Assembly: GCA_041178185.1 (NCBI GenBank)
Contig: JBEGVS010000005.1
Span: 14,103 to 78,102, forward strand
Reading direction: 5' to 3'
DNA from: Pseudomonadota bacterium
Lineage (GTDB): Bacteria; Bdellovibrionota_C; UBA2361; OMII01
Length of the DNA: 64,000 nucleotides
Shown here piece by piece: positions 37,343 through 47,241 of the stretch; the first letter of the stretch is position 1, and every line of letters starts with the position of its first letter. The notes beneath the pieces are model-generated. The model worked only from the letters and a program-made list of their open reading frames with translations. It did no database searches and was not told where the DNA came from. A program made the translations under genes and the position numbers.

Positions 37343-37801
37343 ATGAGAGAACCTCAAAAACCATCGGTTACCATACAGGGCGTTACAGTGGAGCGCCAGG
37401 ACATCATCCAACACCTTCGGCTACCCGCGAGCTTCGTCGGCAGGGGAAATCAGTTAGGCGATGGAACGATCCCCTCCCTCATTCAGGAGCATCCAAGTGA
37501 ACTAAGACGGATCGGGCTCTACCAAAAAGATGTGTACGCGCCCTATTGCACCAATGTCGAGGAGGGAACGTGGGCCATCAAGACTCACAAGGTGTGGTTT
37601 GATGAGCACCGCGGAAGACCACTCGACGAGGAGACCATCACTATCCTCGAGAGTCTTCCGCTCTCACTTTCATCATCGCCGCGTCGAGAACTCCTTGAGT
37701 ACTTGCCGCCAACGTACTGCAAAAACCGAGAGGATGCGGCGTTGCTGGTTGACCTTCTCCAGAAGGCTGGCCCCACGCACCTGTGGCGCCAAAATCGGTA
37801 A
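37343..37801 (+). CDS. hypothetical protein (152 aa)
   Basis: ORF of reasonable length convergent with alaS. No motifs recognised. Confidence 0.3.
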   Translation: MREPQKPSVTIQGVTVERQDIIQHLRLPASFVGRGNQLGDGTIPSLIQEHPSELRRIGLYQKDVYAPYCTNVEEGTWAIKTHKVWFDEHRGRPLDEETITILESLPLSLSSSPRRELLEYLPPTYCKNREDAALLVDLLQKAGPTHLWRQNR

Positions 37802-37898
37802 CGTCGCGCGAGCCACCAATCAGCTCTTCGTGTAAGAGGGGCTCCCGCTGTGCAGTATGAAGAGGGCCCCGATGTTCGGCATCAGGGGGGTGAAGGCC

Positions 37899-39803
37899 CT
37901 AACCTATGAGCGCTGCCTTAACCCGTTTGATGCCAGCACCCACGTTCTCCTGCTTCTGAATCTTAAATCGCCTCGAGCCCTCCGCGATCTCGGCAGTTGA
38001 GCTCACGTGAGGACCACCGCAGAACTCCGCAGAGAACCAGTTCTTTTGGTCTCCAACGAAGTACACACTTACGATATCAGGATACTTCGCCCCGAACTCC
38101 ATCTGAGCACCAAGGGCTTCAGCCTCTTCACGCGGCATCTCCACCCTCACAACCGGCAAACTCTCACTGATCTGCTGATTAACGAGCTCCTCGACCTTTG
38201 CAATCTCGTCTGGGGTCATCTTGCGGTCGAGGTTAAAGTCCATGCGCAGACGTTCTGCCGTGATATTACTTCCCTTCTGCCGGATGTTTGAGTCAACAAC
38301 CTTCTGCATGGCAGCAAGGAGAAGGTGGTGCGCTGTGTGCAGCTTAGTTGTCTCCCTGGATTGATCCGCAAGACCACCTTTAAACTTCTGCTCAGCTCCG
38401 GCACGGGAGAGTTCACGATGGCGCTTCTCCGCTGCAGCGAACTCCTGAGAGATCGCCTTGGCCTGTTCATCGGTCACCTTGAGCTCATCCAGTGTGAGCT
38501 CGAGAGGGAATCCATATGATTCGTAAATGAAGAAGGCCTGATCACCAGAGATCAGCTTTCCAGGCTCAAGCTGCGACTGGATCTTTGAGAGCTCCTTAAG
38601 TCCCTTCGCGAGGGTCTGATTGAAAGCTACCTCTTCGTCATGAATCTTTTGAAGAACTACCTTCCGATTCTCCTCAAGATGCGGGTACGCATGCGCGAGG
38701 GTGTTGATAACCGCATCCGCAACCTCTGCGGTAAACTCCCGCTCAAGGCCAAGCTTCTTTCCGAAACGCACAAGGCGTCGAATGAAGCGCCGCAGGATAT
38801 ACCCCTGGTCCTTGTTCGATGGAGAGACCCCATCCGCTAAGATAAAAGTTGCGGCTCGGCCGTGATCCGCAATGACACGGAATGCAGCGGTGTCCTCGTT
38901 TTCCCTTCCATCTGTCTTGTAGGATCGTCCCGATAGAGCCGCGACTCGGTCGATGATAGGACGATAGATGTCGCTCTCGAAGATCTCCGTCTTCCCTTGA
39001 ACGATCATGCAAACACGCTCAAATCCTCCGCCAAAATCGATATTCTTCTGGGCCAGGGGCTCCCACTTCATCTCGGCGTTGAGCTTGTACTCCATGAATA
39101 CGTTATTGCCGATCTCAACGAACCTACCCGAATCATCGTTAATATCGTACCTATCCTGTATGCGCTCAGGCACGCCCAGGTCATAGAACATCTCAGAGGT
39201 GGGGCCCCCAAGTTCTCCCGGCGCATCTGCGCGCTGCCACCAGTTCTTCTTCTTATTGTACGGGAAGATGTGGTACTTCCACCCTTTGGACTGCTCCAAA
39301 GTTGGGGGCACGTTGTACACGTCCTCGCTGAACTCAGCCTCAACCCCATACTGACGGAAGACCTTTTTCCAGGTCTCGATTGCGAGATCGTCGCGAGGCG
39401 CGGTTTCGTCGCCAGCAAACACCGACACGTAGAGACGCTCTGGGTCCATGCCATATACCTTGACCCACAGCTCCATAATCCACGGAATCTGTTGTTCCTT
39501 CGAAAAGTCACCGAGAGACCAGTCGCCGATCATCTCGAACATGAGGGTGTGCCGATTATCACCCACCTCCAGCATGTCCTCGTAATTGGTCCGAAGGCAT
39601 CGCTGAATATTACAAAGGCGCTTTCCAAGCGGGTGCGGTTGCCCCCCAAGGTACGGAACGAGCGGGAACATCCCCGAATTAACGAAGAGGAGCGTTGAAT
39701 CCACATTGGGGACCAGTGACATGTTGGGGACTACGCCACACTTGCGGGGAGCCTGAGTCCAAAACTCAATAAACTTTTCTCGTACTTCTCGTGATGTCAG
39801 CAT
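37899..39803 (-). CDS. alaS: alanyl-tRNA synthetase, short form (catalytic + tRNA-recognition + editing domains; no C-terminal C-Ala domain)
   Basis: ATG at 39803 with an AAGGAAG RBS (the ORF extends to 39863). Class-II AlaRS motifs: FVNSGMFPLVPY, HHTLMFEMIGDWSLGDFSK, YDLGVPE...FVEIGNNVFMEY, FGGGFERV. Editing-domain HxxxH (HTAHHLLLAAM) and C-terminal CGGPHVSSTAEIAEGSRRFKI. ~635 aa versus ~870 aa for canonical bacterial AlaRS. Confidence 0.8.
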   Translation of the reverse strand: MLTSREVREKFIEFWTQAPRKCGVVPNMSLVPNVDSTLLFVNSGMFPLVPYLGGQPHPLGKRLCNIQRCLRTNYEDMLEVGDNRHTLMFEMIGDWSLGDFSKEQQIPWIMELWVKVYGMDPERLYVSVFAGDETAPRDDLAIETWKKVFRQYGVEAEFSEDVYNVPPTLEQSKGWKYHIFPYNKKKNWWQRADAPGELGGPTSEMFYDLGVPERIQDRYDINDDSGRFVEIGNNVFMEYKLNAEMKWEPLAQKNIDFGGGFERVCMIVQGKTEIFESDIYRPIIDRVAALSGRSYKTDGRENEDTAAFRVIADHGRAATFILADGVSPSNKDQGYILRRFIRRLVRFGKKLGLEREFTAEVADAVINTLAHAYPHLEENRKVVLQKIHDEEVAFNQTLAKGLKELSKIQSQLEPGKLISGDQAFFIYESYGFPLELTLDELKVTDEQAKAISQEFAAAEKRHRELSRAGAEQKFKGGLADQSRETTKLHTAHHLLLAAMQKVVDSNIRQKGSNITAERLRMDFNLDRKMTPDEIAKVEELVNQQISESLPVVRVEMPREEAEALGAQMEFGAKYPDIVSVYFVGDQKNWFSAEFCGGPHVSSTAEIAEGSRRFKIQKQENVGAGIKRVKAALIG

Positions 39804-40029
39804 AGTCTTCCTTGGGTGGCGGAGGGCCAGTGCGGCCACATGACTGGTATATCTCACCGCCATTTCATACGTGCGTACGGCAGTGTAATCGTGACCGGAG
39901 GAGCTGGCAAGTCGGGCTTACAGGGGGAAAATCCCTGCTAAACGGGGGCATACGGGAGATCTTTACGAAGCGCTTGGATGCGAGCATGGTCGATTGCCCG
40001 GTTCAGGCCATCTCCCGCGGAATCATCAA

Positions 40030-41358
40030 CTACCGACCGGAAACCACGTCGAGCTCGGGAACGACCTCAACATCGGTCGCCAACACGTATCCCCCTCGCC
40101 CCTTCTTCGAGCGGAGTCTAAGCCACCGACCGACCCGCCCTTCAACGAGGACTCGGTCTCCCGGCTCAAGCTGGCCGATCACCCTTCCCCCATAGCTCGG
40201 AGCTGACACCACTGAGGCGCGATTCAAAACACGGTACGTTCTCTGGTCATCACCTCCCCGTGATGAGGAACCTGGAAGCACAGCCTGAGGGGCTCCCCCC
40301 TGAAGCTCCTCACGACGACTCGCTGAGGGTCGGATACGACCACGTTCAACCCGCTCACGGAACTCAGGCCCCTCGATCGGCCCCCGTGTGTTCACCTCCT
40401 CTTTAGGACCAGGAGGTGAAGATTCAGTTTTGGCGAGTTGAGACTCGGGAGATGACTGAGGCATCGGCCCTTTAACCGATTGAGCGGCGCGAGCAGTGGC
40501 CGGTTCCGTATTTGTCCCCTCACCGATGGAATAGAAGAGCGCTCCGAGTCGCCCACTTGGATCTCGTCGACCCGGAAGCTCTGTCGCTTGGTTAATATCG
40601 AGTGGCGTCTGCTCAAAGCTCTCTGATGCGATATCCAATGCAGGGGTTCGAATGTGAGGAAACATCCGGTCGATCGTAATCAACGCGACGACCGTAATCA
40701 GACACACCGTCGTCCACACAAGACGTTTCTGTCCACTGCGCGGCAAGCCAACTGAAGGATGTTGAGCGGATGTTGGTGCGGTCGCCTCCGCAGAGACGCT
40801 TTGCAGGGACCGGAAAGAGCTGGTGCTACTGCGCTCCCGACTACCTCGAGCTTCCTGTATTCCAAGCCGCGCGAGCGAACCCCGCACGTCGTTGACATGG
40901 GCGGTATCGCCCACCTCTTGGAGACGCTGAAGCACCAAGAGACCGGTCTCTTTCAGCAGAGGGCTCAACGAGTCGGTTACGCTCTCAGGCGCGAGCTTTT
41001 TGCATACGGCATCAAACGGTGCAGAAAGAAAGGAGACAGGCATCGAGAAAGCGCCGAGATGTCCCCGAATCCACCACAACTTCACCCCAAGATCATCTCC
41101 GTGCGCGAGACGGCCCTCAGCGAGACGAACGATCTCAGTCCACTTGGACTCGGCGGCAAGCAACTCAAATTCATTTCTTGCTGGTGGTTGCTGGGTTGTG
41201 GAGGCATCGCCGATCGTCCATGACGAAGAGCGCGAAGACCCGTGCGAGAGCTCAAGGTCGATCGAGATCTCCTTCTCTTGCGGGGCCTCCGCTCGAGCCA
41301 GGAGCGCCTCTAACCCGAGGTCGATCCGCTCCCTATTTTTAGCTCCCTTGGTATCCAT
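40030..41358 (-). CDS. bitopic membrane protein with disordered Ser/Pro-rich periplasmic region and C-terminal bacterial SH3 (SH3b) domain
   Basis: ATG at 41358. Single TM helix LVWTTVCLITVVALITI. C-terminal YRVLNRASVVSAPSYGGRVIGQLEPGDRVLVEGRVGRWLRLRSKKGRGGYVLATDV matches the SH3b fold pattern. Confidence 0.5.
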   Translation of the reverse strand: MDTKGAKNRERIDLGLEALLARAEAPQEKEISIDLELSHGSSRSSSWTIGDASTTQQPPARNEFELLAAESKWTEIVRLAEGRLAHGDDLGVKLWWIRGHLGAFSMPVSFLSAPFDAVCKKLAPESVTDSLSPLLKETGLLVLQRLQEVGDTAHVNDVRGSLARLGIQEARGSRERSSTSSFRSLQSVSAEATAPTSAQHPSVGLPRSGQKRLVWTTVCLITVVALITIDRMFPHIRTPALDIASESFEQTPLDINQATELPGRRDPSGRLGALFYSIGEGTNTEPATARAAQSVKGPMPQSSPESQLAKTESSPPGPKEEVNTRGPIEGPEFRERVERGRIRPSASRREELQGGAPQAVLPGSSSRGGDDQRTYRVLNRASVVSAPSYGGRVIGQLEPGDRVLVEGRVGRWLRLRSKKGRGGYVLATDVEVVPELDVVSGR

Positions 41359-41482
41359 ACCCTCACCGTGGCATGCCCCTTACAAAGGAACACACCCAAC
41401 GTGGCTACTCGTCCTTACAGCCTTACTGTACTATCGTACCGGCAGGCACCTCCCTACTGAAGTGCCATAACGGGGTTTTTCT

Positions 41483-42070
41483 ATGGTAAGACGCTTCCCA
41501 GGTGCCCGATGGCTCCTTAATGTTCTCCTCTCGATACTCCTAACTGGCTGTTTCGCCTCGGAGCTTCCGCCACTAACGCCACCTTCAGGGCTCGAAAAGC
41601 TCCTCTCTGTATCAGATTCCACTATTCCCGTACGGATTCAAACAGAGGGCCTCAACGACAGGTCCCTCGGTCACCAGTACCTCTTCCTTCTCTTGCCGCT
41701 CACGAGAATACACGTTCCCACACTTGCGACGGACCTGCGCACGCAACTCTCCGTCGCGTGTGGCGTGCGCGGCTATCGATGCAGCGAAGAGCCAACACCA
41801 ACATCGAAGCGTGTGCTCGAGATCACCATTCGAGATCTCTCCGTAAATGGATATGACCTAGTCGTGGTGAGAAAACCAACCGCTTCAGTGACCCTGTCGG
41901 GACAAATCTTTGAGAGTGGTCGCCTCGTGCGAGCCTGCGAGGATCACTATACCGCCACCAATACAGCGCACTACGCGTTCGCCGGGGAGTTACAGAACGC
42001 TCTCGGCGAAGCGCTCCTTCATGGTAGCTACAAGCTCCTCGATTGTCTTGGAATGAAACAAAGCACCTGA
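41483..42070 (+). CDS. lipoprotein (195 aa), function unknown
   Basis: MVRRFPGARWLLNVLLSILLTGCFAS is a signal peptide with an LTGC lipobox. Confidence 0.45.
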   Translation: MVRRFPGARWLLNVLLSILLTGCFASELPPLTPPSGLEKLLSVSDSTIPVRIQTEGLNDRSLGHQYLFLLLPLTRIHVPTLATDLRTQLSVACGVRGYRCSEEPTPTSKRVLEITIRDLSVNGYDLVVVRKPTASVTLSGQIFESGRLVRACEDHYTATNTAHYAFAGELQNALGEALLHGSYKLLDCLGMKQST

Positions 42071-42096
42071 GCGCCAGGAGCCTATGTGAGCGTGGA

Positions 42097-42675
42097 ATGA
42101 AACGAGCATCTGTTCTGTTGATAGCGGTCGTATCGGAAGCGATTCTCGTCGTGGTTGCCTATGCGGTCGCCTACCTATTCGCGCTCGACCTGGCGTGGAG
42201 AGTATCGGCTCACGCGCTCACAGTGGGAGTTGCAGCAGCGTTCCCCCTCCTGCTCGGAAACCATCTTTTATGGCGATGGACGCTCCGCAATCAAAACTCT
42301 GTGTACGCCCGATTTAGCCGTGAGGTCGTGATTCCGCTCTGTCGTAGGGTTTCGCCCATCGACGCCCTCCTGATCGGGCTCCTTTCAGGCATAGGAGAGG
42401 AAGCGCTCTTTCGGGGGAGCCTCAACCTTTTAGTGACCCGATGGGGAGGGCTATGGCTTGCGCTGATCGTTACAAGCCTTGCATTTGCGTGTATTCACTT
42501 CATCGGCTCGTTCAAACGATATGGCGCAATGATACCTCTATACTCGGCCGTCGGCGGTATCCTCTGGTTAGTGTGGTTTGAGACAGACTCCCTTGCCGCG
42601 GCAGCGGCAACACACGCAACGTACAATTTTCTCGCCATTATTTCGATCCGTCGCATGGCGGAACGTAGTTCGTAA
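42097..42675 (+). CDS. CPBP-family intramembrane metalloprotease (CAAX protease / Abi-type)
   Basis: The ORF opens at 42043; the ATG at 42097 gives MKRASVLLIAVV.... Conserved motifs GIGEEALFRGSL (EExxxR), FACIHF (FxxxH) and a downstream H. Confidence 0.65.
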   Translation: MKRASVLLIAVVSEAILVVVAYAVAYLFALDLAWRVSAHALTVGVAAAFPLLLGNHLLWRWTLRNQNSVYARFSREVVIPLCRRVSPIDALLIGLLSGIGEEALFRGSLNLLVTRWGGLWLALIVTSLAFACIHFIGSFKRYGAMIPLYSAVGGILWLVWFETDSLAAAAATHATYNFLAIISIRRMAERSS

Positions 42676-42694
42676 GGTTTCGAGGCAACGACAG

Positions 42695-43978
42695 CTACGA
42701 GAACATCTTTCGTGATTCGCGGATGGCGCTCACAACCGCTTGAAAGTCCGATTCGCACGAGTAGATCCCGAAGCTCATCCGAACTGTGGCAGGAACTCCA
42801 AGTTTTCGCAGCGTCGGCATGGCGCAATGATTTCCGGCCCGAATCTGCACGTTATGCGTATCGGCTATCGTTGCGAAGTCGTGCGGATGCACAAGATCTA
42901 TCGTAAAGGAGCATACCGATGTTTGCTTTCCTCCCGAAACTCCAGGGCCGTGCAGCGTCACCCCCGGTTCTCCCTTGAGGAGGTCAATAGCGCTCTGAAC
43001 AAGTTCGACCTCATGGGAATTAATCTCTGATCGTGAGAAACGAGAGAGGAAGTCAACCGCTGCTCCAAGAGCGATCGCCTCCGGAAACGCAGGGGTACCC
43101 GCCTCGAATCGTTGAGGCACCTCAGCCCATCCCGAGCCTTCAACGCTCACGTACGAGATCATGTCACCGCCACCTTGGAAGGGTTGCAGTGACTCAAGCC
43201 GCTCCGGCCTCCCGTATAAAACCCCGATCCCGGTTGGACCGTACATCTTGTGTCCCGAGCAAACGTAGAAGTCGCATCCAAGCTGTTCAACATCGACCCC
43301 GAGATGCGTGACACCTTGCGCCCCATCTACCAAGGTCATAGCTCCATGGCTCTTTGCGAGCCGAACGACCTCCTCGATTGGCGTAATAGTTCCAAGTGAA
43401 TTCGCAAGCTGAGTGCAAGCCACCATCTTCGGCTTCAACGACGAGAGCTTCGTCTTGAAGTCATGCATATCAAGCTGTCCATCGGGTGTAATATCGGTGA
43501 ATACAACCTTGAGACCTCGGCGCTTGGCAAGCATCTGCCATGGCACGATGTTGCTGTGATGCTCCAAGAGGGTTACTAAGATGACATCCTGAGGTTGAAA
43601 AAGCAGCTCAGCACCGTATGCGACAAGGTTGATAGCTTCCGTAGCACCTCGCGTGAAGATGATTGACCTCTCTGAGGTGGCTCCAAGATATCGCGCGATC
43701 TTTCGACGGGCTTCATCATACATCTCAGTCGCAACAGCGCTGAGGCTATACGCTCCACGGTGCACATTTGCGTTGTGATTGACGAGCACATCACGCAGCG
43801 TATCCAACACGACTAGAGGCTTCTGAGTTGTCGCAGCTGAGTCGAGGTAACACCCTCCCGGCCCCTCGGTGAAGAAGGGAAAGTGCTCTCGGATAGCTTT
43901 GCCAGGATGAAGAATGTCGCTTCCTGGTTCGACTGATTTTTGCGCCACGTTCACGGTCCTTTGCGTCAGATGGGCCAC
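42695..43978 (-). CDS. sufS: cysteine desulfurase, SufS/CsdA (class V aminotransferase, group II)
   Basis: GTG at 43978. PLP-Lys region FYVCSGHKMYGPTGIGVLY and the active-site Cys loop VQIRAGNHCAMP (SufS-type RAGHHCA). Confidence 0.8.
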   Translation of the reverse strand: MAHLTQRTVNVAQKSVEPGSDILHPGKAIREHFPFFTEGPGGCYLDSAATTQKPLVVLDTLRDVLVNHNANVHRGAYSLSAVATEMYDEARRKIARYLGATSERSIIFTRGATEAINLVAYGAELLFQPQDVILVTLLEHHSNIVPWQMLAKRRGLKVVFTDITPDGQLDMHDFKTKLSSLKPKMVACTQLANSLGTITPIEEVVRLAKSHGAMTLVDGAQGVTHLGVDVEQLGCDFYVCSGHKMYGPTGIGVLYGRPERLESLQPFQGGGDMISYVSVEGSGWAEVPQRFEAGTPAFPEAIALGAAVDFLSRFSRSEINSHEVELVQSAIDLLKGEPGVTLHGPGVSGGKQTSVCSFTIDLVHPHDFATIADTHNVQIRAGNHCAMPTLRKLGVPATVRMSFGIYSCESDFQAVVSAIRESRKMFS

Positions 43979-44676
43979 TTAAGACCCTGAAAAGCATATA
44001 GAATTTTGGCCCAATGATCAACCGAGGGCAACAGGTGAGGGTTCTCGCATGGGACCACACTCAAACGCCCCCGTCCACATCACCGTCCCATACCACCGAG
44101 CGGTAGCACAACGGTCAGGAAACGAACAGATAACGACAGCTGTACGGGGTGGTAACTTTCTCGGCGTGGATGAAAATAATCCTTGACCTTCATGATCCCC
44201 AAGGATTATTCTCCGGCTCCGGTTTTGCTCAGGGTTTAGCCTTTGTAGGTTAACAGCCCGTTGAAGCGGGAACCTCATTCGATACTAGCTCAGCAGTTAA
44301 GAAGCCACGCAGCGCCCTCCGTTGAAGAACAGAAAGGGACCGGGCTTTTGTTCTGTTGAGTCAGGGTTGGAGGGTTCAGAAGTGATACGAACACTTGAGA
44401 GTCGTGCCACTGAAGTGCGGTATACGCCCCGTAGAAAACGTTCTGTTACATATAATAGGTCACCTCGTTAAGGTGCCCCTCCCCTCTAAATTCAGTGTAG
44501 CTCACTGAGCCAAAAAGGAGCGTGACGGTAGTCATGGAGGAAGATCGGCGCGGTTGGTTTTATCTGGGGTCTGGATGTACGGACAACGGATGGTGTTCTG
44601 ACTGAAGAGCTTGACGGAAATGATTTCGTCGCAAGCTTCGGTCAGAGATGAATAACTTTTTGATGGGACAACAATC

Positions 44677-44967
44677 ATGAAATTCTGGTCAAATTCTGAT
44701 GTTCCGACCTCTGGTGCTGCGATTCCCGAACTGCGATTACTTGCAGCGGTTCTTCAACGGGCGATCCATGATTTCATCGGTGGTGAGGGAGATGTTCGTG
44801 AAGGTGCTCGCTCATGGCTCATGGACGAAGAGCCGACCGACGCTCCACTTTCCTTCAAGTTTATTTGCGAGGCTCTTGACCTCGACAGCGAGAGCCTTCG
44901 AAAGGCTATCGGGCGACAAGCTGAAGCGCAGCTTCGAGAGTTCGCCGCCAACGACGCTTTAGCGTAA
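44677..44967 (+). CDS. small putative HTH protein (sigma-70 region-4 / LuxR-like helix-turn-helix), paralogue A
   Basis: 96 aa. ARSWLMDEEPTDAPLSFKFICEALDLDSESLRKAI aligns with paralogue B at 47242..47604 (AFTWVMDTSAEEPFSFNGVCDALGISPEYLRLGL). The spacing resembles sigma region 4.2 (LSYEEIAEILGVSxGTVKSRL). Confidence 0.45.
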   Translation: MKFWSNSDVPTSGAAIPELRLLAAVLQRAIHDFIGGEGDVREGARSWLMDEEPTDAPLSFKFICEALDLDSESLRKAIGRQAEAQLREFAANDALA

Positions 44968-45266
44968 CGTCACCGTGATAGAGGGTCTCAACCTCTACGG
45001 TATCTTCCTAGACAATAAGGCTAGATCGTAGCGAGGGCGCGACGTGAGAGGGAATAAGTTCCCTGTCATATCGCGCCCTTAAGTTTTTGATACTTTCAGG
45101 TCTCGAGTAACCCGGGGTATACTCTCAGTAGGGCAGATAGATCTGATGAGACCCCAAATCTTCATCTTACCTATCGAAACCCTTGCACAATGTAGCTTCT
45201 CTGACAGGCGGGTGTGAAACATCATCCGACCAACGGGGTCGTGTTACAAAGGGATGGTGACGGCGC

Positions 45267-45542
45267 ATGAGCGATGGAGTAGCAAAGGGCAATAACCCCG
45301 TATTGTGGGAGAAGTTCTTGGCGGATCTCGATGAGAAGTTGCAGCTCGGTCTTCTCGATAGAATGCGCAGGGTCCAAGCCTACCACTTCGAGTCGGACAC
45401 CCTCTTCGTCGAACCCGGTTCAAAGGAGGACGAAGCCTACCTTAAAAAGAGCGCTCAATTTACCCAGCTTTGTCTTCTAGCACAGGACTCAACCGGGGTG
45501 ACCGAGGTCAAATTCAGACCGGCAGCTCCATCAGAAGAATAG
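45267..45542 (+). CDS. hypothetical small protein, weakly DnaA-N-terminal-domain-like
   Basis: NPVLWEKFLADLDEKLQLGLLDRMRRVQAYHFESDTLFVEPGSKEDEAYLKK loosely follows the DnaA_N pattern (LW..CL..L...L....F..WI.PL......L.L..PN.F). Weak. Confidence 0.3.
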   Translation: MSDGVAKGNNPVLWEKFLADLDEKLQLGLLDRMRRVQAYHFESDTLFVEPGSKEDEAYLKKSAQFTQLCLLAQDSTGVTEVKFRPAAPSEE

Positions 45543-45603
45543 CTCTTCGACGAAATTTCTTTGGACTCTTTCCTTCCGTCGCCGCTTTTGCGACCTTTGT
45601 GAC

Positions 45604-45822
45604 ATGGACACGCGGAAAAAAACGGGGAGCAAAGATTCGAAAGAGGTTACCCACTGCAAGATATGTGGGATCCCCCTTCCTCCCCCTCACGATCCCACCC
45701 GCTCCCCATTTTGCTCAGAGCGATGTCGCATGAACGACCTCTCGAAATGGTTTGGAGAGAACTACCGCATAGCGTCTCATCCGGTTCCACAATCACAGGG
45801 CGAAGAGGAGAGCGAGTCCTAA
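45604..45822 (+). CDS. yacG: DNA gyrase inhibitor YacG (zinc-ribbon)
   Basis: CKICGIPLPPP...RSPFCSERCRMNDLSKWFGENYRI matches YacG (CPxC...PFCSxRCxxIDLGxWxxExxxI). Acidic C-terminal tail. Confidence 0.65.
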   Translation: MDTRKKTGSKDSKEVTHCKICGIPLPPPHDPTRSPFCSERCRMNDLSKWFGENYRIASHPVPQSQGEEESES

Positions 45823-45833
45823 ATAAAAGAGGG

Positions 45834-47021
45834 CTAACGAGGATCGCTGACCAACCCGACAAACAACGGCGCCCGAGAGGGACGGTGAACGAGCGCAAAC
45901 ACGAACGGCCGATCAACCTTCACCTCTTTCGGTTCCGGAGTGTGTGGCATAAACGCCCCGCGGGTCATGGTGATCGCCGTAGCTGCGGCGGCCTCGGTCC
46001 CCTCTTCGTCTACAGAGACGACCGCCTCATGGAGGATCTGCCCGATCCCACCGACCCCACGCGCCGATATCCCCGAGTAGTCACCACCCTGAAAATCGCC
46101 AAGACCGTATGCAGAAAGTTGAGAGAGAAGTTCGGTACCAAAGCGCACCTTCAACCGGGGTAGCGACAACGTAACCTTCGCATAATCTATGTCCCCCAAC
46201 GCCTTGGTGAGCAGCTCAGACGAGAGCCCTTCGGCCACCTCTCCTACAGAGAGCCTCTTCTTGGGCACGAGTACTACGAAGGTAAAATCAAACCCCTGGT
46301 AGGGAAGTCGCACACCTTGCCATTCCCCATCTTCGAAGTAATCCATGTTCTCGGTTTTGTGCATCATCGCCACCTTGACCGGCGTGGCGGGATTGGTCCA
46401 AAACTCCCCCTCCTTCGTTGCCTTTTTCTCAAAATGGGTTAGCCAGGCGGCCTTAAAGTACAACGCGTTGACAAGGACGCAGGTAGTGAGCTCCGTTACC
46501 GAACCAGGGGGTAGCAGGCTCGGAATCAAGGCATTCGTCGCACTCGAAACCCACGTATTGATTTTGCCTCGAGCCGTGTCAGGGGGACTGAACGCGATGT
46601 TTCGGGGCTCAGACTCGAAGATTCGGGTGCTATCGGCGACGTAGCTCTTCTGAACATCATATCCGTTGGCGAGCCAAACCGAATTAGCGAGACGCGACGT
46701 GACGAACTCGCCGGAGCGAACAATCTGGGAATTCATGGTGGCGTAGACACCCTGGAGATCAGAGGCAAAGGGCGCCGGTAACAATTTCGTATCAAGAAGC
46801 GTCGCTGTCCTCCCACGAGCACCTAGTCGAAGGAGCATCAGGGCCGAGTGAATGCTGTACGGAGAGACGGTGATATTCGGCCCCCTCTTCGCCTCCTCTT
46901 TCAGGAGGAAGACACCGAGATCTAGCTGCTTACGAGCGATATCCCCCTCGGTAACTTGGGCGAGAGCCTGAGGGCCCGAGATAGACAAGATCAGCACGAA
47001 GATGCAAATGAAACGTTTCAT
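45834..47021 (-). CDS. secreted serpin (serine protease inhibitor), 395 aa
   Basis: ATG at 47021; signal peptide MKRFICIFVLILSISGPQALA. Serpin motifs: NALYFKAAWLTHF (breach/shutter), hinge EEGTEAAAATAITMT, reactive-centre-loop region, C-terminal DRPFVFALVH. Confidence 0.8.
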   Translation of the reverse strand: MKRFICIFVLILSISGPQALAQVTEGDIARKQLDLGVFLLKEEAKRGPNITVSPYSIHSALMLLRLGARGRTATLLDTKLLPAPFASDLQGVYATMNSQIVRSGEFVTSRLANSVWLANGYDVQKSYVADSTRIFESEPRNIAFSPPDTARGKINTWVSSATNALIPSLLPPGSVTELTTCVLVNALYFKAAWLTHFEKKATKEGEFWTNPATPVKVAMMHKTENMDYFEDGEWQGVRLPYQGFDFTFVVLVPKKRLSVGEVAEGLSSELLTKALGDIDYAKVTLSLPRLKVRFGTELLSQLSAYGLGDFQGGDYSGISARGVGGIGQILHEAVVSVDEEGTEAAAATAITMTRGAFMPHTPEPKEVKVDRPFVFALVHRPSRAPLFVGLVSDPR

Positions 47022-47241
47022 GGTGGTGACTACCTCGTTACGAAAGGGGGAAACCTAAGGTTTCCACCCAGCATGTTCGTACCAAAGAGTACCGTAAAGG
47101 GGGCTTCGCTCCTAGAGAAGACCACTCCTCACCCTTCGTGAACCTATTCCATGCCTTCTCCGGCTCTAGGAACACGACTCCGGGAGCGAGCGCTCGCCTT
47201 GGGTCCCACTGCGCCGCAGGTAGACCGCCCTAATGGGAGAC

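Noticed and set aside
44018-44278. 86-aa minus-strand ORF in the sufS upstream gap
   Set aside because: No RBS, odd composition, and it lies within a low-GC non-coding island. Kept only as part of a possible regulatory/ncRNA region.
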